From assembly GCA_020137815.1 (NCBI GenBank), contig CM035359.1, positions 6,572,001-6,636,000 of the forward strand: a stretch of DNA of 64,000 nt, in the 5' to 3' direction. This stretch comes from Hormiphora californensis (Eukaryota; Animalia; Ctenophora). The notes beneath the pieces were generated by a model that saw only the letters and a list, made by a program, of their open reading frames with translations, was not told the DNA's origin and did not search any database. Position numbers and translations under genes: made by a program. How positions within the stretch are numbered: position 1 is the stretch's first letter; each line of letters begins with the position of its first letter. Positions 11,627 to 46,100 of the stretch are shown here, in pieces.

Positions 11627-13990
11627 TTAATAATAATAATAATATTCCGCGCTTATATACCGCCCATACCCGACAGAGACATGTCAAAATATTGACGATG
11701 TTCCGCCGAATCATCAGAGCGGTATATCCTCGACTACTTATATGACACACTCGAACAGCTCTGGTTGAAAAACAATATATAGACGACTAAATAAACTTGA
11801 CTTATAAAACTGAGGGAATAACTGGCCCTTTAACCCTTAGATAAAATTAAAAACACACTATTATAAACACCTCCCCGGGAAAAAAGGAACTGGGTAATGA
11901 ATTAATAACATGGTTTAGGGGAAGAGGATGACACGGATTCCCCGCGGGCCCCCAAAAATAAAAACCAACTTTTACAACTCAGCCAGGGTTCCCCATCCCC
12001 CAAACCCCAAAAATGCACCAACAAAGAGTTTGTGTTTAAACCCCCGGGGTTTTGAAAATTTACCACTTTGGGGAAATTAAACCTGAGCCCCAAGAGGAAG
12101 CTCATTCCGGCCCAAGAGGGGGCAGGAATACTAAATAACCTCCTACGTCCCCAACTTAGATTTGGGCCCTTGATACGGGTCATTTTTGGATGTTTTAACC
12201 TATGGGACCGGAACATTAGTCATCCTGTTGCCCTAGGGGTTTCCCCCAATTTCTCATCACGGGCACCAAAATCCGGGAAAGATAACAGGGGGCTTTTCCC
12301 ATTGACTTTTGTAGGAAATTTCAAAATTTTTTGGGAAGCCCAAAACCGGTAGGAGGGGGGGTTTAAAAATATAAACTTTCCCTTTAAAAATACTCCATTT
12401 TAGTTGCCCCGGGTGTCCGTGGAGGTTAAATACAAAACAAACCCACGGGCATTGAGAAGCTTCTGGAGCCCACTGAGAAATCGCCCGGGAAGTCCACAAT
12501 ACAGAATTTTACTGTAGTCTACCCAAAAAAATCAACTGTTTGAAAAACATTATTTTGTTGGGATATCAAAAAAAACCTGGCAGTTCCCAAAAGGTTTTTT
12601 TAACATCATTTCCCACTTTTTCCCTCAAAATTGAAAACCTGTCTTTCCCAAGGCCAAAGGGTTATGAAAAGGGAAAAATTCCCGGGGGTTTTCCCAATCT
12701 TTTCCCACTACATCAGGGGGAGTTTTCCGTTCCTCCAAAGTTAAAAAACTGGATAAAAAGGACTTTGTTTAGAGAACTGCGCTTTCCAAGCAGGAGGGAA
12801 TTCCTTTTTGGCCTCATTACATTTCAACCAGCCCTACCACCCAACCTTTTCCCCTTCGCCAGACACCCCTAAATTTATCCCCCTTTTCCCTCAACCCAGC
12901 CAGCAGCATCCGTGGGAAACCCAGACTCAGGAGGGGCTGGGAATCATCTGCATATAACTTATCAGGGTTCCCCTATGGCTCCCAAAAATATTTTTTCAGC
13001 CCGATGTAGAGTAGGAACAAAATAGGACCCCAAGGGGGGACCCTTTAGGGATCCACAAAATTTAAAGGGAAGGGTTTCCCAAAGGGGTTTAACCCCCCGA
13101 AAAATCTAAAAGATCTGGAAAATCAAATTTGGGTTTTAAACCATCGGGGAGGTTCACCATCCCTCCAAACCGTTTCGGATAAACCCCCAACAACTTTCCC
13201 GGTCAAACCCTAACAAAAACAGCCCCTCATATTTTAGAAAAAGAGCTACTTTGTTTCCTTTTTCCATTTCCCTAGAATGTCACCCAACATGTTGGCCCAA
13301 TTTGCTTTCCCAAAAGTTTACCCCAAAAACGATAGCAGACTGATGTTTTCCCAAAAAAAAGAGTTGCGATCCCGGTAGTCATTGAAATTGCGGGAGGGAA
13401 ATACCTTTCAAGAAAACTTAGACAGAAAAGGGATGTTTGAAAAAGGACGATAGGTTTTGAAGGCTTTACGTCTCCCCCTACATATTTTGTGGTAGGAAAA
13501 ACAAGTGCCTCCCGGAGAGATTTGGGACCCGGGAAAACTGATGTAGAGACCCGATGGGTATTGATGTTTAAAGGGAGGAAACCAGATCACTTATTTCACT
13601 CCGTACCACCCAAGTGGGCAAAAGGGTCGGTCACAGTTTCTTGTGGACATCGATTTCACTAGGGAAAAAAGTTCCTCCTAAAATATTCTTTTTAATTCCC
13701 TTCCATTTTTTTTTTGTATGACAGGATTTTTTCCCGATTCCCCAAAATCGCCCGCCCGCTTTTTGCTCCTATTGAATTTGGGTTTCCCAATTTTTTTAAC
13801 CTTTTTAACTAAAGAAATTGGAAAAAAACATCAGGGCCCGGGGTTTTTTGTTTTTTGGTTTCTCAGGAAGAATTAGTTTCCCGCTTTTTTCCCCGGAGTT
13901 TCTGTAACAAATTAGGAAAAATGGGCATTTTTAGGCACGTTTCTCACATGGTTTGGAGTGGGAAAAAATTTTTTTTGGGTTTTTTTCTGG
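11627..13990 (-). mobile_element. 5'-truncated CR1/L2-group LINE (RT region) with (ATT)n tail, degraded or low-quality sequence
   Basis: Minus-strand motifs YRP (~13450), LGPILFLLYI (13003-13032) and KLYADDS (12940-12960). The tail reads taataataataata on the plus strand at ~11628-11644. Confidence 0.8.
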
Positions 13991-14004
13991 GACCCCATTG
14001 GAGC

Positions 14005-16424
<2,420 letters not shown>

Positions 16425-17130
16425 TGCAAGTGGAAAACCTTTGTTATGTATCAGTTCCCTAAATAGCCCCAAAATGACGAAAAATCACTGGCCTTTGCCT
16501 AATTTTGCCAATTTTTTTGCCCACTTTTGTCCAGTCGGACATGGAGCCTTATCAACCCTAAGTCATAAGTAAGTACATTAATTATCGGTTGGAATCGATA
16601 GAGGGGACCTCTTGGAAGACATTGGAGGTGAAAAACATTTGTCACAGAGGGTTTTCTGGTAAAGTTTTGATGCTTATAATATTTTTTCCCACTTTTTGCC
16701 CACTTTGCCCACATTATACCTGTTTTTTGAGATTTTGGTTTGCCCATGTGGGCAAATGTGGGCAAAAGTGGGCAAAATGAAAGGTGACGTACCCCCCATT
16801 CTAACACTCCTGATTGGCTTCCCCGAATCACGTTCCATATCTCGTATCGTCTCACACCGCTAATAAGCTTACCCGAATCACATTCACATGCTTAGTATTC
16901 AGACCTGCCCTAAATTGACCTGCCCTAAATATCACTTACAATTCTGGTGGTTTTGTTTATACATATCGGCCATTCCTATTTCCTAACAGTGCCCTTTCTT
17001 GGCTAGCTCGACCCTCTTTCGCAAATGTAAAGGAGGGTTAGAACTTAACAAGCCCTTCCTCTGTGTCCAACCCATACATATAATTACATGTAAATAATCT
17101 CCTGTAACCCAGGAAGCATGTAGAAATGGA

Positions 17131-33694
<16,564 letters not shown>

Positions 33695-34250
33695 AAATAG
33701 CGGGGAGTTATCATGCGAGATGTTGAGATGGAATGTTAAAATAAAATAATTTCAGGGGGAAATTTTCAGAGCCATTGAACAGAGAATGGGAGTGCGAGAA
33801 AGACGCTTTAGTTATTAACTGAATTACTATTTGTATTTGCTTTTCACAGTCCAATTTTTCTTATAATTTTTTAGTTTGAATAGATGGCACTAGCTGGAAG
33901 TAAGATGATTATACTGCTTGGCATTGATGATGGGTCGAATTCACAATTAAATGCCCAAGACACTGATTTGGAACACTATGCATTTACCAGCACAGAATAT
34001 TATTACTGCTTTTCTATCAATAGTTGTTCAAACTTTGTACTTTTACAGTTACTTTGTTAACGTTTACTCCTTGAAGTTGATTATTGCCAAATTAGGGGAA
34101 CGGTAAATGTTCGTCAATATTGACTCACTTGTTTAATCAGTGTACGCTTTTATTTAAACTAACTTTTTAACGACAAACTTTTAGAGTTTCATTTCTTTTG
34201 TAATTGTGTTTCCTGGTAGAGTATAATTGGACTGACCATATTCCCTCTAA

Positions 34251-34474
34251 GGGTGCGCACAGACTGTTCATGCGTGATCATGTCCATAAGTGGACTGAAA
34301 ACTGAAACTTATTCATATAAAAGCGAAAACCACTGTACCCGACTAATTTTGATACGCTGAATCACGTAAGCAACTTTTCCAATCTGTCTGAGATCGGGAA
34401 AGTGTTCTAATTGGGCATAATTGGGTCTTGCCCACTTATGGACATGATCACGCATGGACAGTCTGTGCGCGCCC
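34251..34474. mobile_element. PIF/Harbinger (Tourist-like) MITE with TAA TSD
   Basis: taa|gggtgcgcacagactgttcatgcgtgatcatgtccataagtgg ... ccacttatggacatgatcacgcatggacagtctgtgcgcgccc|taa. Confidence 0.85.
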
Positions 34475-35643
34475 TAAGCGAGCGAGAGCAGTGGTCCGAG
34501 TATTGGAGTGACTTGTTGAGTAAGGAACTAAGGAATGACTATTCTCTCGGACTCGGAGTGAGCAACAGTTGATGAGTAAGGGGGGGAGACACAAGACGAC
34601 ACTGGTCAGAGCTGTCAGAGCATTGGCCTGACAGGTCAGAGCTGAGCTGTCTGGCGCCGCGACCCATCTGAGCGCACTGTCGAGAATCAAATGGGGCATG
34701 GCGCCGCCATACACTATACAGGAGCTGAGAGTGAGAGCAATGGCCTGACCTTGGCTCCAATGCAACCTATTCTCGCTCCGCGAAGAATAGGCTCCCGGCC
34801 CGTGGACAGCAAGAACTCACGTGCGCGCGATGTAAAGCACGTTTTTCAGCAAATCCCGCGCGACAGACTGTTTTGGGAGACCTTTTTAGCTGACCTAGCA
34901 CTACTCAAACGTCAATTACCGCCTCATTTCGCATCGTGATGAATCGGCGGGTATTTTCCCATGCTCACAGGGCCATGACGATTCTCCCAGTACCCGCAGA
35001 TTGTCCCAGGACCGAGTAGGAGCTTGCAGCCAGGTCTTTAAAGAATTACCCATGTTTAGAGTCAATTTTGACCCACTATTCCTCAAATGCTGATACTCGC
35101 GGGTATTTTCCGTAAAACTAGAGACAATTACCTGCCAGGAGCAACAAACGAGATGTAAATCGGTTCAGTAGTTCCTTGCAGCCAGGTCTTTGAAAAAGTT
35201 TGCTCTAAAATCAATAACGGGCCGGAGGCCTAGATGTGAGATCGATCTCGGTCGCTGCGCGACCTCGATCTCACTCAGGCATCAATGTGGCCAAGGCCTG
35301 ACCCTATACTATCGTCTCGGATTGAGCGATAACTGTGGTCAGAGCATTGGTGGGACAGGCTGTTTCTGTTCAAACTCACCACACCGAGGGGCGGGTGACT
35401 CCTTCAAGTTCAATTCTTAACTGCGCGGCATATTTGTGGTGACTGTGCGGTATTGTTTTGCGCGCCACTCAATTTGACGAAATTTCGTAAAATTCCAAAA
35501 TTTCGATTTATTTCAACAAACTTGAAAAGCGCTTGAAAAGCGCTGCCTTATCCTATCGGGGGCCAGCAACGTTTGCCAAGAAAAGCGCTGCCTTATCCCA
35601 CGCAACGTTTGCCAACAACAAACTTTCTTTGAATTTTCTTAAA

Positions 35644-35865
35644 TAGTGGAAGCTCTTACGGTAATTCCCACGCCCCGTGGGAAAGTTTTTGACCGTGGGA
35701 AAGTTTTCAAAGCGTGGGAAAAGAGAGATACATACAATAACTACAAAAAATAAATTGTTTTTTCTTAGTTATTGTATGTATCTCTCTTTTCCCACGCTTT
35801 GAAAACTTTCCCACGGTCGAAAACTTTCCCACGGGGCGTGGGAATTACCGTAAGAGCTTCCACTA
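35644..35865. mobile_element. 222-bp near-perfect palindromic MITE with TAGT termini and 3-bp flanking repeat AAA (Academ-like)
   Basis: aaa|tagtggaagctcttacgg ... ccgtaagagcttccacta|aaa, with ~100-bp arms. The same terminus recurs at 41369-41386. Confidence 0.8.
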
Positions 35866-36036
35866 AAAGTCTAAAGACAGTTAAATTGAAAAGCGCTGCC
35901 TTATCCCGCGCTACCGGGGGCCAGCAACGTTTGCCAAACAGTTAAACCTGATTTTTATCGATAAATTGTGTAGAGTTACCTATTTTAAAAATCTTTCTTT
36001 GTTTTCAATTCGATTTTTAAAACTAGAAATGACGCT

Positions 36037-36243
36037 CCAGTTACAAAATTGAAACCGGACATCAGTTTCTCTGGCCAGCTGGCTGCTGGGACACTCCTGG
36101 TGAACCATGCCACCAGCCACGCACGACATTTTCGATCACGTGATCGATGTGAATTACATTGAAAGTAGCACGTCAGCACTCCAAAGAGAAACTGACACCA
36201 GTTTTCACTGAAAACTGATACCAGTTTTCAATTTTGTAACTGG
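36037..36243. mobile_element. MITE-like inverted-repeat element
   Basis: ccagttacaaaattgaaa ... tttcaattttgtaactgg. Confidence 0.6.
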
Positions 36244-36280
36244 TCCCTGACCAACGTTGAAAAGCACTGCCTTACAGTGC

Positions 36281-36476
36281 TGCTTGTAGTGGGAATACGG
36301 TGTCTGAATAATACGGTATTTGACCATTACGGTTTCTGAAATACATATTTATTTGAAATACATATATATTTCGGTGTCACGTGTTGTTAATCTGGCCGCT
36401 GGCGCTTTGATTGGTCCCGTCTTACCGTTTTTCACTGATACCGTGTTGAACCGATACTGTATTCTCACTACAAGCA
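36281..36476. mobile_element. MITE-like inverted-repeat element
   Basis: tgcttgtagtgggaatacggt ... actgtattctcactacaagca. Confidence 0.6.
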
Positions 36477-36836
36477 CCCATGTTATCCCGTGGCCTGTCA
36501 GCTGCGTTTGACTAGAGTTCAAATCTGGGTGCCTTCCATTTCGGAAAACGTTAAAATCTGGGTGCCTTCCATTGCTAACAATTCATCGATTTTGGCGGTC
36601 GAGACGGGTTAGCGCTTGGGGTTATTGGTTAGGGCTATCGATTCTCTATCAGATACCGTTTAGTTTACTCAAATCAGCCATGTGATTGCGTGGCTATAGC
36701 CGTTTGAAAAAAGTCGGTCTAAGTGGTTTTAGGTGTACTTTTTTCGGCAGCACGCAGCTGTAAACACGCTGCAAGGCACCCAGATTATAATCGCGCCCTT
36801 CCATTTTTAACAATCCATCGATTTTGGCAGTAAACA

Positions 36837-36946
36837 CTTCTTCTTCTTCTTCTTCTAAGAGTGTCGCGTGTGATACCCTAAAGAACTATCGCGACTTTCG
36901 TCATTGCGATTTGGTCGACACTGTGTGAGTGCTCGTGAGTGACCCC
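36837..36946 (-). mobile_element. SINE/LINE-like 3' end with (GAA)n tail, copy 1
   Basis: Reverse complement of 41634-41736; the (ctt)n run forms the tail end. Confidence 0.65.
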
Positions 36947-37967
36947 CTCGGGTGTGACCCCTTGGGTTAGGGCTACCCATTAGGGTCTGGCCCCTGGGTA
37001 GGCGGAGGTGCTATGACGCAAAATGCACGTTTTAAGGGGTTTTGCGCCATAACTGTGCCATTTCTTTACCAAAATGCTAAAACTTAACCTGGGTGGTAAA
37101 ATCTCGGTGCTCTCTTTCCAACATGCCCAAGATGAAGCATATTATGGCCAACTGCCAAGAAATGGTAGAGTTGTCAGTAGATGGCTAAAACCGTCTAAAT
37201 TTGGTACTAAGAAAAATGCAAGAAGAAGAATGCAAACACTCAACACTCAACACCACTCCCTATTACTATCTGGATCGGTGAGATGCGCTCGCTGCTCGCA
37301 AGACAGATAGAAGTATCTGGAAGACTCAGGACACCTAACCCCCACCTACGCTTCAAGCTGAAGTTTCAACCGTACCAGTTATAATTCGCTAACTCAGTGG
37401 CATCGCGATACGCCATACGATTTCAATGTAAAAAGTTTGGGCTCGTCAAGTGGAAGGCCAAACAATGTGGACCAATGTCGTGTTCTGTTCGACCGGCGGG
37501 TATTACATTTTCCGACACGACAACATCTGAGAGCTAAATGACTGAGATTGTATGTTGAATGCTCGTGACTCGTTGGTAACGCAGTCACCCTTACAACCGA
37601 GAGAGGTGACCCGTGACGGCGCCACCAACGTGACTCGTGTGTAGAAGTGCAGAGAAAGCAATGCTGACATGTCTGTACGGAATTCATTTTCACCATTAAC
37701 ACTGCCCATGAAGCAAGTATGGACGTGGTAGCAGTAGGCCTTTGGCGGAAAATACAGCCTAAATGGACATTGCACGTGCGAATTTTCCATACCAATGTAC
37801 CCTCAGTTTTCTTAATTCTGTGCCCAATACCTCCGAACCGTTAAATCCTAATACGCCAGCCAGACAGAACCCAGCTATCAATTGATATTTAAATTTTCCT
37901 TATACTGGATCGATCTCTATAATATCTGTATGTGGCACAGATTCAAGCGAATTAATGAATTCGCTCA

Positions 37968-38054
<87 letters not shown>

Positions 38055-39536
38055 TCTCTCTCACACATACACTTGACCTCGCACGTCTATTAATTGCCAT
38101 TCATTCGATCGTTAGTCCGTGCCATCTTATTCAGAGGAGGTAGTACAGCTGCTGCATTCCCCCCCCCCCCGTGTGTGTGTGTAATCAGGATCTGCGGTGG
38201 ATATATCTGGAGCATCATCTCACATATATGTGCCCGATCACAGCATCTCTCACATTGGTGTCTCTCACATTGGTGTCTCTATTAGTGTGATAGGAGCTCT
38301 TCTTCTGTGGAAGTTATTATATGGGTCATATGTTTTCTGATCTCGTATGGTTGTTGTAAAATATATCCCATTGTTGTACAATATATCCCATTTTATCTTC
38401 TTTTATTTAAATTAAAAGTATAGAGACTAACTAATTAAGAAAATATGTGAATGAAAGAAAGCGAAAGAAAGACAGAGAGACTTATGCAAAATGAGATGTG
38501 CAGAGTGTCTTATTTTAAACTTTCCTATTCAACTCGATCTAGACCTACCCCATTGTTCAGTAATTACGGGAGCTCGACGTCTTTGTATACCATTTCACTA
38601 AACATATTGTGCCGGATAAATTAGAATATAATGTACGTCCGCGAGAATAAGATCTATCTGCAGTACTCTGAGCTTCAACTTATTAAACTTAGTTGGGGTC
38701 TGTGCCAAACCAAACTCTTTAATTCTAAATTTAGTTTGAGTTAAAACCACCGTTTAGCAGAAAAGATGGTGCCAGAATTTAGATAGTATTATTGTTTATT
38801 GTTTAATACCATCATCTATCGTAGAACTAAACTAACAAATAGTATTCAGTTCCACCTGACAATTGCCATTATATACACACAAACGAACAAACCCACTCTG
38901 TGTTTGCCGTGTGTGTGTGTATGCAGTTGATAGTAAGTGTGGAGTAATTAGAGTCATCCTCTTAGTGCCGTAATCACACTGTCAAGAGTTTTCGTAGAGA
39001 GGGACAGATATGGAGGGAGATAGGGAGGGAGGGAGGGAGAGATAGAGAGAAGTCTTGGCACGTTATGCTGCAGAAAGAATCGCGACAATTATAGACAGTG
39101 ATCTAGATCTATTAGATTGGTACTCCATATAGTATCGGTTTAGTGGGAGAGTAAATGGGAGGGAGAAAGGCGTTCCCTCCATTTATCCCGTCCCCCTGTC
39201 GATACTGGTAAATAATAATGGAAAGAAAAAGTGTTCGTTTTCTTGTGTATGTTGTTAGAAGATGAGAAGAAAGAGAGAGAAGAAATGAGAAGATAGAGGG
39301 AAAGAACTAAAGAAAAAAGAGATTGAGACCAAAGGGGAGGGAAATTTGACCACCTGGTGCTCTCTGTCGTCTAGTGATATGGAGATCTAGGTCTATCTAG
39401 AGAGAGAGAGAGAGAAGAGAAGAGAGAGGAGGAGATGAGGAGAAAAGAAGGAAAGAGAGACGAGAGAGATATTTATTATCTCTATATCTATCGCTTGTCT
39501 ATCTCTTTCTATATATTACTTATTATCTCTATCTGT

Positions 39537-39569
<33 letters not shown>

Positions 39570-41633
39570 CCTCTCCTCTCTCTATCTATCTCTCTCTCTC
39601 CGCTCTCTCGCTCTCGGGTTTGTCTATCTCTCATTTCTCTCTATTTTATCGTCTCTCATGTATCCTCTGTCCTATCTATATCTATATATATATCTCTCTC
39701 TTCTCTAGCTCTCTATCACTCTATCTCTAGATCGCTTATGTTTGTCCCAAACTGCGTTCTGCGTTTATTTACTGTGACTGAATCAAGAAAAAGTATCTCT
39801 TTCACAACTGAAACTTTCGCCATTTTAGATTTTAGAATTAAGAGAAAATAAAGCCCGTTCACGAGGAGAGATCGAGTAAGACTTGGCTGCGTAGCTGTGT
39901 GAGGGGAGTGTCCTATGGGGCGCGCGAACAGAGGGGCGCAACGTGCCCAAGAGTAAGACAAGTGTCGGTATTATTCCTAATAAAACTATTTGACAATTTG
40001 ACATTTAACCTCTTAATAAATATGCTTTATATTCGAATTTTATGCTTCTATTTTTAGGCTCTGGGTTACCCCTCGACTCTCGAGTATACAACGAAAGGGG
40101 GAAGCACTTCAAACTGACCCAGATTTGCTGATCTGGTGACAACGATTTAACTCATACCGCCCACATTCACTCATTTAGGTTTAGGCTTAGGCCCCAGTTG
40201 GAGATTCGACTACTGGCGCCAGTTTCTTGATGCCAGACTCTGCTGCTGACACTGCACGTGGCGCCTACTTTCAATGCAATTTACATCGAAATTCCTGGTA
40301 GTCATCGAAGATGTCGCGCGCAGCATGGTTCATCAGGAGTCTCCCATACCAGCTAACTACTGGTGTCAGATTCCTGCAGCCTGGTGTCAGTTTCCAATCT
40401 GCAACTGGAGCGTAACCTGCCATTTTCCTTCATTCCTTCTTGTTTTATAGTGTAAAATAAAAATGTTTAAGAGAACACCAGATCCAAGAGTGCACTTGAT
40501 CCAAGCGCACACCACATCCAGAAGAGACTATTCCAAGACAACAATTCTGATCTCATCCAAAAGATATTGCTCTTGGAGTGGTCTCTTCTGGATTTGGTAG
40601 GCTCTTGGATGTGGTCTCTTCTTTAGCAGTGAGGTTGAAATGTCCATGCACAGAAGCAGAGTAATGTAAGTCAGCATATTAAGAATTCAAAGAATGAGTT
40701 AGTGAAACACAAGGATTGTTTCTATCCTGTTTGACAAATATTGATCCAACAGGAGTTCTCCCATTGTAATAAAAATATCTCAGTGATGGATGGGTTGATT
40801 TTGAACTATTCTTTACTACTACATACTACTTATACCTACAACAAACTTGTCCAATTATGATTCGGTCCACTCTCACTTTTAGTTTCGCCGAGGGGCCCTT
40901 CAAAACCAAATTACGGAAGTTTTCCGCTCAATTTCTCAGTTTTTAAGTTTTAAAAACGTAGATCAACGAATATGCATTTAACTGATACAAAACTCTACAA
41001 GCGCTATGGTAACGATTGTATGTGGTATGCCAAATATCCTTTGAGTATATTTCAGCTGTGTACGCTGATTAATGAGGCTCTCCGAGAGGTACTAGCCGTC
41101 CTTTTTCCCCCGACTACATTTCTTTCTAACCTATACATATATTGTCTCTCTGTCTTTCAATTTCTACCTTTTTTCTTGCAAGAATATGTTATAAAGAGTT
41201 GAGGCGGGGAGGGGGGGAGGGGGTTTATCCGCTAAGTTTTTGACATCTATCATGGTCCTAACTGTACATTTTTTCGGCTCAAATCCTGTGCTGTGATTGA
41301 CTGAAATTTCCTGCGCTGGAAATTTCAACCAATCACAGGGCAGGATTTGAGCCGCGTGAGTGGGAAATCCGTAAGAGCTTCCACTATTGCGGATGAACCC
41401 CCCCCCCCCCGTTTAAACTTTAAAGTCAGATTTTTTGAAGTTGTCACCCCTTGCCTAGCTAGACTGTCTTTCGCGTTTGAACAAAACAACTGATTGATTC
41501 TGAACGACTACTATTTTAATTCTTTCTCCATCTTTTCTTCTGCCCCTTCTGTGCTGAGCCATACTAGTAGACCATGTGTTACACACCCCCCGTGGGTTTT
41601 ACTCACGGGGTTCCACCCATGGGTTCCACCCAT

Positions 41634-41736
41634 GGGGTCACTCACGAGCACTTCACACCAGTGTCGACCAAATCGCAATGACGAAAGTCGCGATAGTTCT
41701 TTAGGGTTTCACACCCGACACTCGTAGAAGAAGAAG
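41634..41736 (+). mobile_element. SINE/LINE-like 3' end with (GAA)n tail, copy 2
   Basis: ggggtcactcacgagcact..gtgtcgaccaaatcgcaatgacgaaagtcgcgatagttctttaggg..tagaagaagaag. Confidence 0.65.
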
Positions 41737-41842
41737 ATGTGTTACACAGAACTGAGTTAAAAGGAACGTGTACTTTTGGATTAAATTGGACGTTGCAGAG
41801 AGATTGGAGGTCTGTCAGCGGTTTATCGACATGAAAATATAC

Positions 41843-43130
<1,288 letters not shown>

Positions 43131-46100
43131 AAAATCTAAGCTCTCTGAACCCTCCTTCTAATCGCTAACTTCGTCACAAAAAGTCGCCCCTGTTCATTAC
43201 CAAATATGGTCAGTCCAAGGGTTAATCTGAGGGACTCCTTCGTGACGCAATCGAAGTTACCATGCCACATCGGCTGTTCTTCAGACCGAATATGGATCAA
43301 GTCTGGAACGTTTGGGAGAAACGTTCCCGAGAGGCGTGGTATTTAAACAGAGTTCTCGATACTCAGCCAGATCTTTATGTTGTTCTTGAGAAACATTCTG
43401 TATTAGCTCCTTCTTGTTGAGAAACTCTTCTTCTTTTTGAAAAATGGGTGACAGCTAAAATTTGACTCCCTTGAGTTTCAAAATGACAGTTTTCATTTGC
43501 CATGCATATTCTATATACAGTTCAGTTTGTGCTTTCTGCAAATTTAGATGTTCATCTTGGTGGGGTTCCTGTATTTGGTGCATGTCCAGCAGTTTGTGTA
43601 GTATAATAATAATCAATTTGTTTGGGTAATTCCATACCAGTAAATGATTCTATGCCTCTATATTATGAGGTATAATCTTGGCAACATCTATATATTCTTT
43701 TTTATCGGGAAATCATTTAGAATTAAATATTCACCGTCCACGGGCTCCACCAACAACGTGGTATCATACCTCGCGGCTCGCAGAAATGACAGTTGGTGCC
43801 CCTAGATTTTATATATAGAATTCAAATATGTATGTTCTTAAGAACAAGGTGAGCCTTTCAGCGAGATTGGGCGAGTCAAAATAATTTTACACTTGTCAGG
43901 GTGGAACTGCTTTTTTTCATGATTGTCTAATGACTAATGACTATATCAGCGGAGAACTACATGTCAATGTTTTCCTGCAGAGCACTCACCATGCACTCAC
44001 CATGCACATGAATAAAACAAATAGGGGGGGGGGCGCTAAGATACTACCCCTTGGGACACCGGATAGATAAAGACTAGAAGAGAACTTTCCCCAATTACCC
44101 ACTTTTTAAATGCGGTCACAGAGATAATTACGAATAAAGCAAAGCATGTAATTACCATCTATTACTATTAAATTTGTTTTAAAGTTTATTCTAAATGGTT
44201 ATATGCATTATGCATGACTGTGCTGCATTTGGGGGTTTGTCTAAACCCAATGTCCCTTAATCTGCGAGTTTTAAAATCTTTTCTTCTTTTCTTTCCCCTT
44301 CTCTCTCTCTCCTCTCTCTCTCCTCTCTTCTTCCCCCTCTCTCACCCTATCCTTGCTTCCTGCGTCCCTGGTCAAGAGCGTGTATTGTGTCTAGTGTGAT
44401 GAAGTAGTTACATCTAGTGCAGTAGTTTAATATCATCATAGATGAAGGGAGAGAGATAAGATAGAGAGAGAGAGATAGCTAAGAAGGAAGAAAGAGAAAA
44501 AGGAAAAAAAAGAGAGAGAGAGAAAGAAGAGAGGGAGAGAGAAAGGAGAGGAGAGGGGGGGAGAAGAAAAAGAGAGAGAGGAGGGAGAGAAGGAAGAGAG
44601 AGAGAGAAGGAGGAAAAGAGAGGGAGGAAAAAAGGGGAGGAAAGAGAGGAAGAAGAGAGAGGAAAAAATTGACAAAAAGCCGGTGGGAGGCTCATCTCCG
44701 TTTTCAAGTATGGTTTGTAATTCTTTCCCAAATTTAATAGGAGCGGGTGAAAAATTTTTCCCCGCCCGCTAAAAAAAAGCAAAAGCTTTATTGAAATAAC
44801 ACGGGTTATTTTGGTATTTCAAGCGCTGGGCGGGCCCTTATTTTAAAAAAAATTGACAAGATAAGGCGTGAAACTTCATATTGGACTATAATTCTTACCC
44901 CATTCAAGGTTCCTGGGGATTTTTTTTGCCTTGTACCCCCGGGAAAGGGTTTTTGGCATCAAAACCAAAAGGGTTTTTTGCTGTGCTGAGATTTCAAAAT
45001 TTTTTGGGTATTTTATATGTCAAAACCCACAGTTTCATGGAGATTTGGGGGTTTTTTCCCCGGACTCAAAATTTCGTAAAAATGCGGGAAAGGGCCAAAA
45101 AAAAGGCAAAAAGGACAATTTCAATGGGAATGGAATGAATATATTTTGTGAACTCGGGATTTTTTTTTTTTTCGATAAATAAAAATAGTTTTAACAAAAA
45201 AGCATTTTTTTTTAAACACTCGAAATTTTAATCCACGGTTGGATTGGAAAAAGGAAATTTAGAAAGGAAACCTTCTAAAATTCCTTTCTTTTGCTATACA
45301 AAATATTATGAGAGATTTACAAATTTTTTGTTCCTGTAAAAGTTTAAGAATTTTTTTTTACCCATAATTTTAAAACAAGGGGGTAGAAAATCCCCTAGAG
45401 TGAACCGTGTGTTAAAAAGTATTTACTAATACTCGACCTAATTCGTTGTTTTCCCCGTTTTAAGAGAATTACACCCTTAATTTGTACTGCTATTTATTCT
45501 GTCATTTAAACGAATAATTGAAATTATAAAAATCCCTCTTGAAATAGCTCCAAGAAATGGTTGATAAAAAAAAGGGGAATACAGATGCCATGACACTGGG
45601 TAATGACGTCTTTTTTAAACTTCGCGACCCCCGGGAAAAAAACACCCGGGGAGAGAATTTAATTGTTAATTTAAAAAATTTGATTTGTTACTTAATCATG
45701 TAATTGGTTAATAAAAATGAATTTTTAAAAATGGAATTTAAAAGGGCCCCTTTTTTTCCCTTTTTTTCTATGGTGATTATATTAGTCCCATCCAACTGCA
45801 TTACTCAGACTTGTTTTGAAAATTAGGGCGGAAGGGGGGAGAGAGAAAAAGGGGAAGGAGAAGAGGAGAGAGCGAGAGAGGAGAGAAGAAAAGGGGGAGA
45901 GAGAAAAGGAGGAGATAGAGGAGGAGAGAGAGAGAGAGAGAAAGAGTAAGAGAAAGAGATAGAGAAAGAGTAAGAGACAGATAAAGAGTAAGGGACAGAT
46001 AAAGGGGAAAAAGGGAAAAACCCCAAATATGCCAAAATAATATAATTTAAGGTACCTACTGTATAATGGCTATGCGAGAGAGTTTTGAAAACATGTATTG

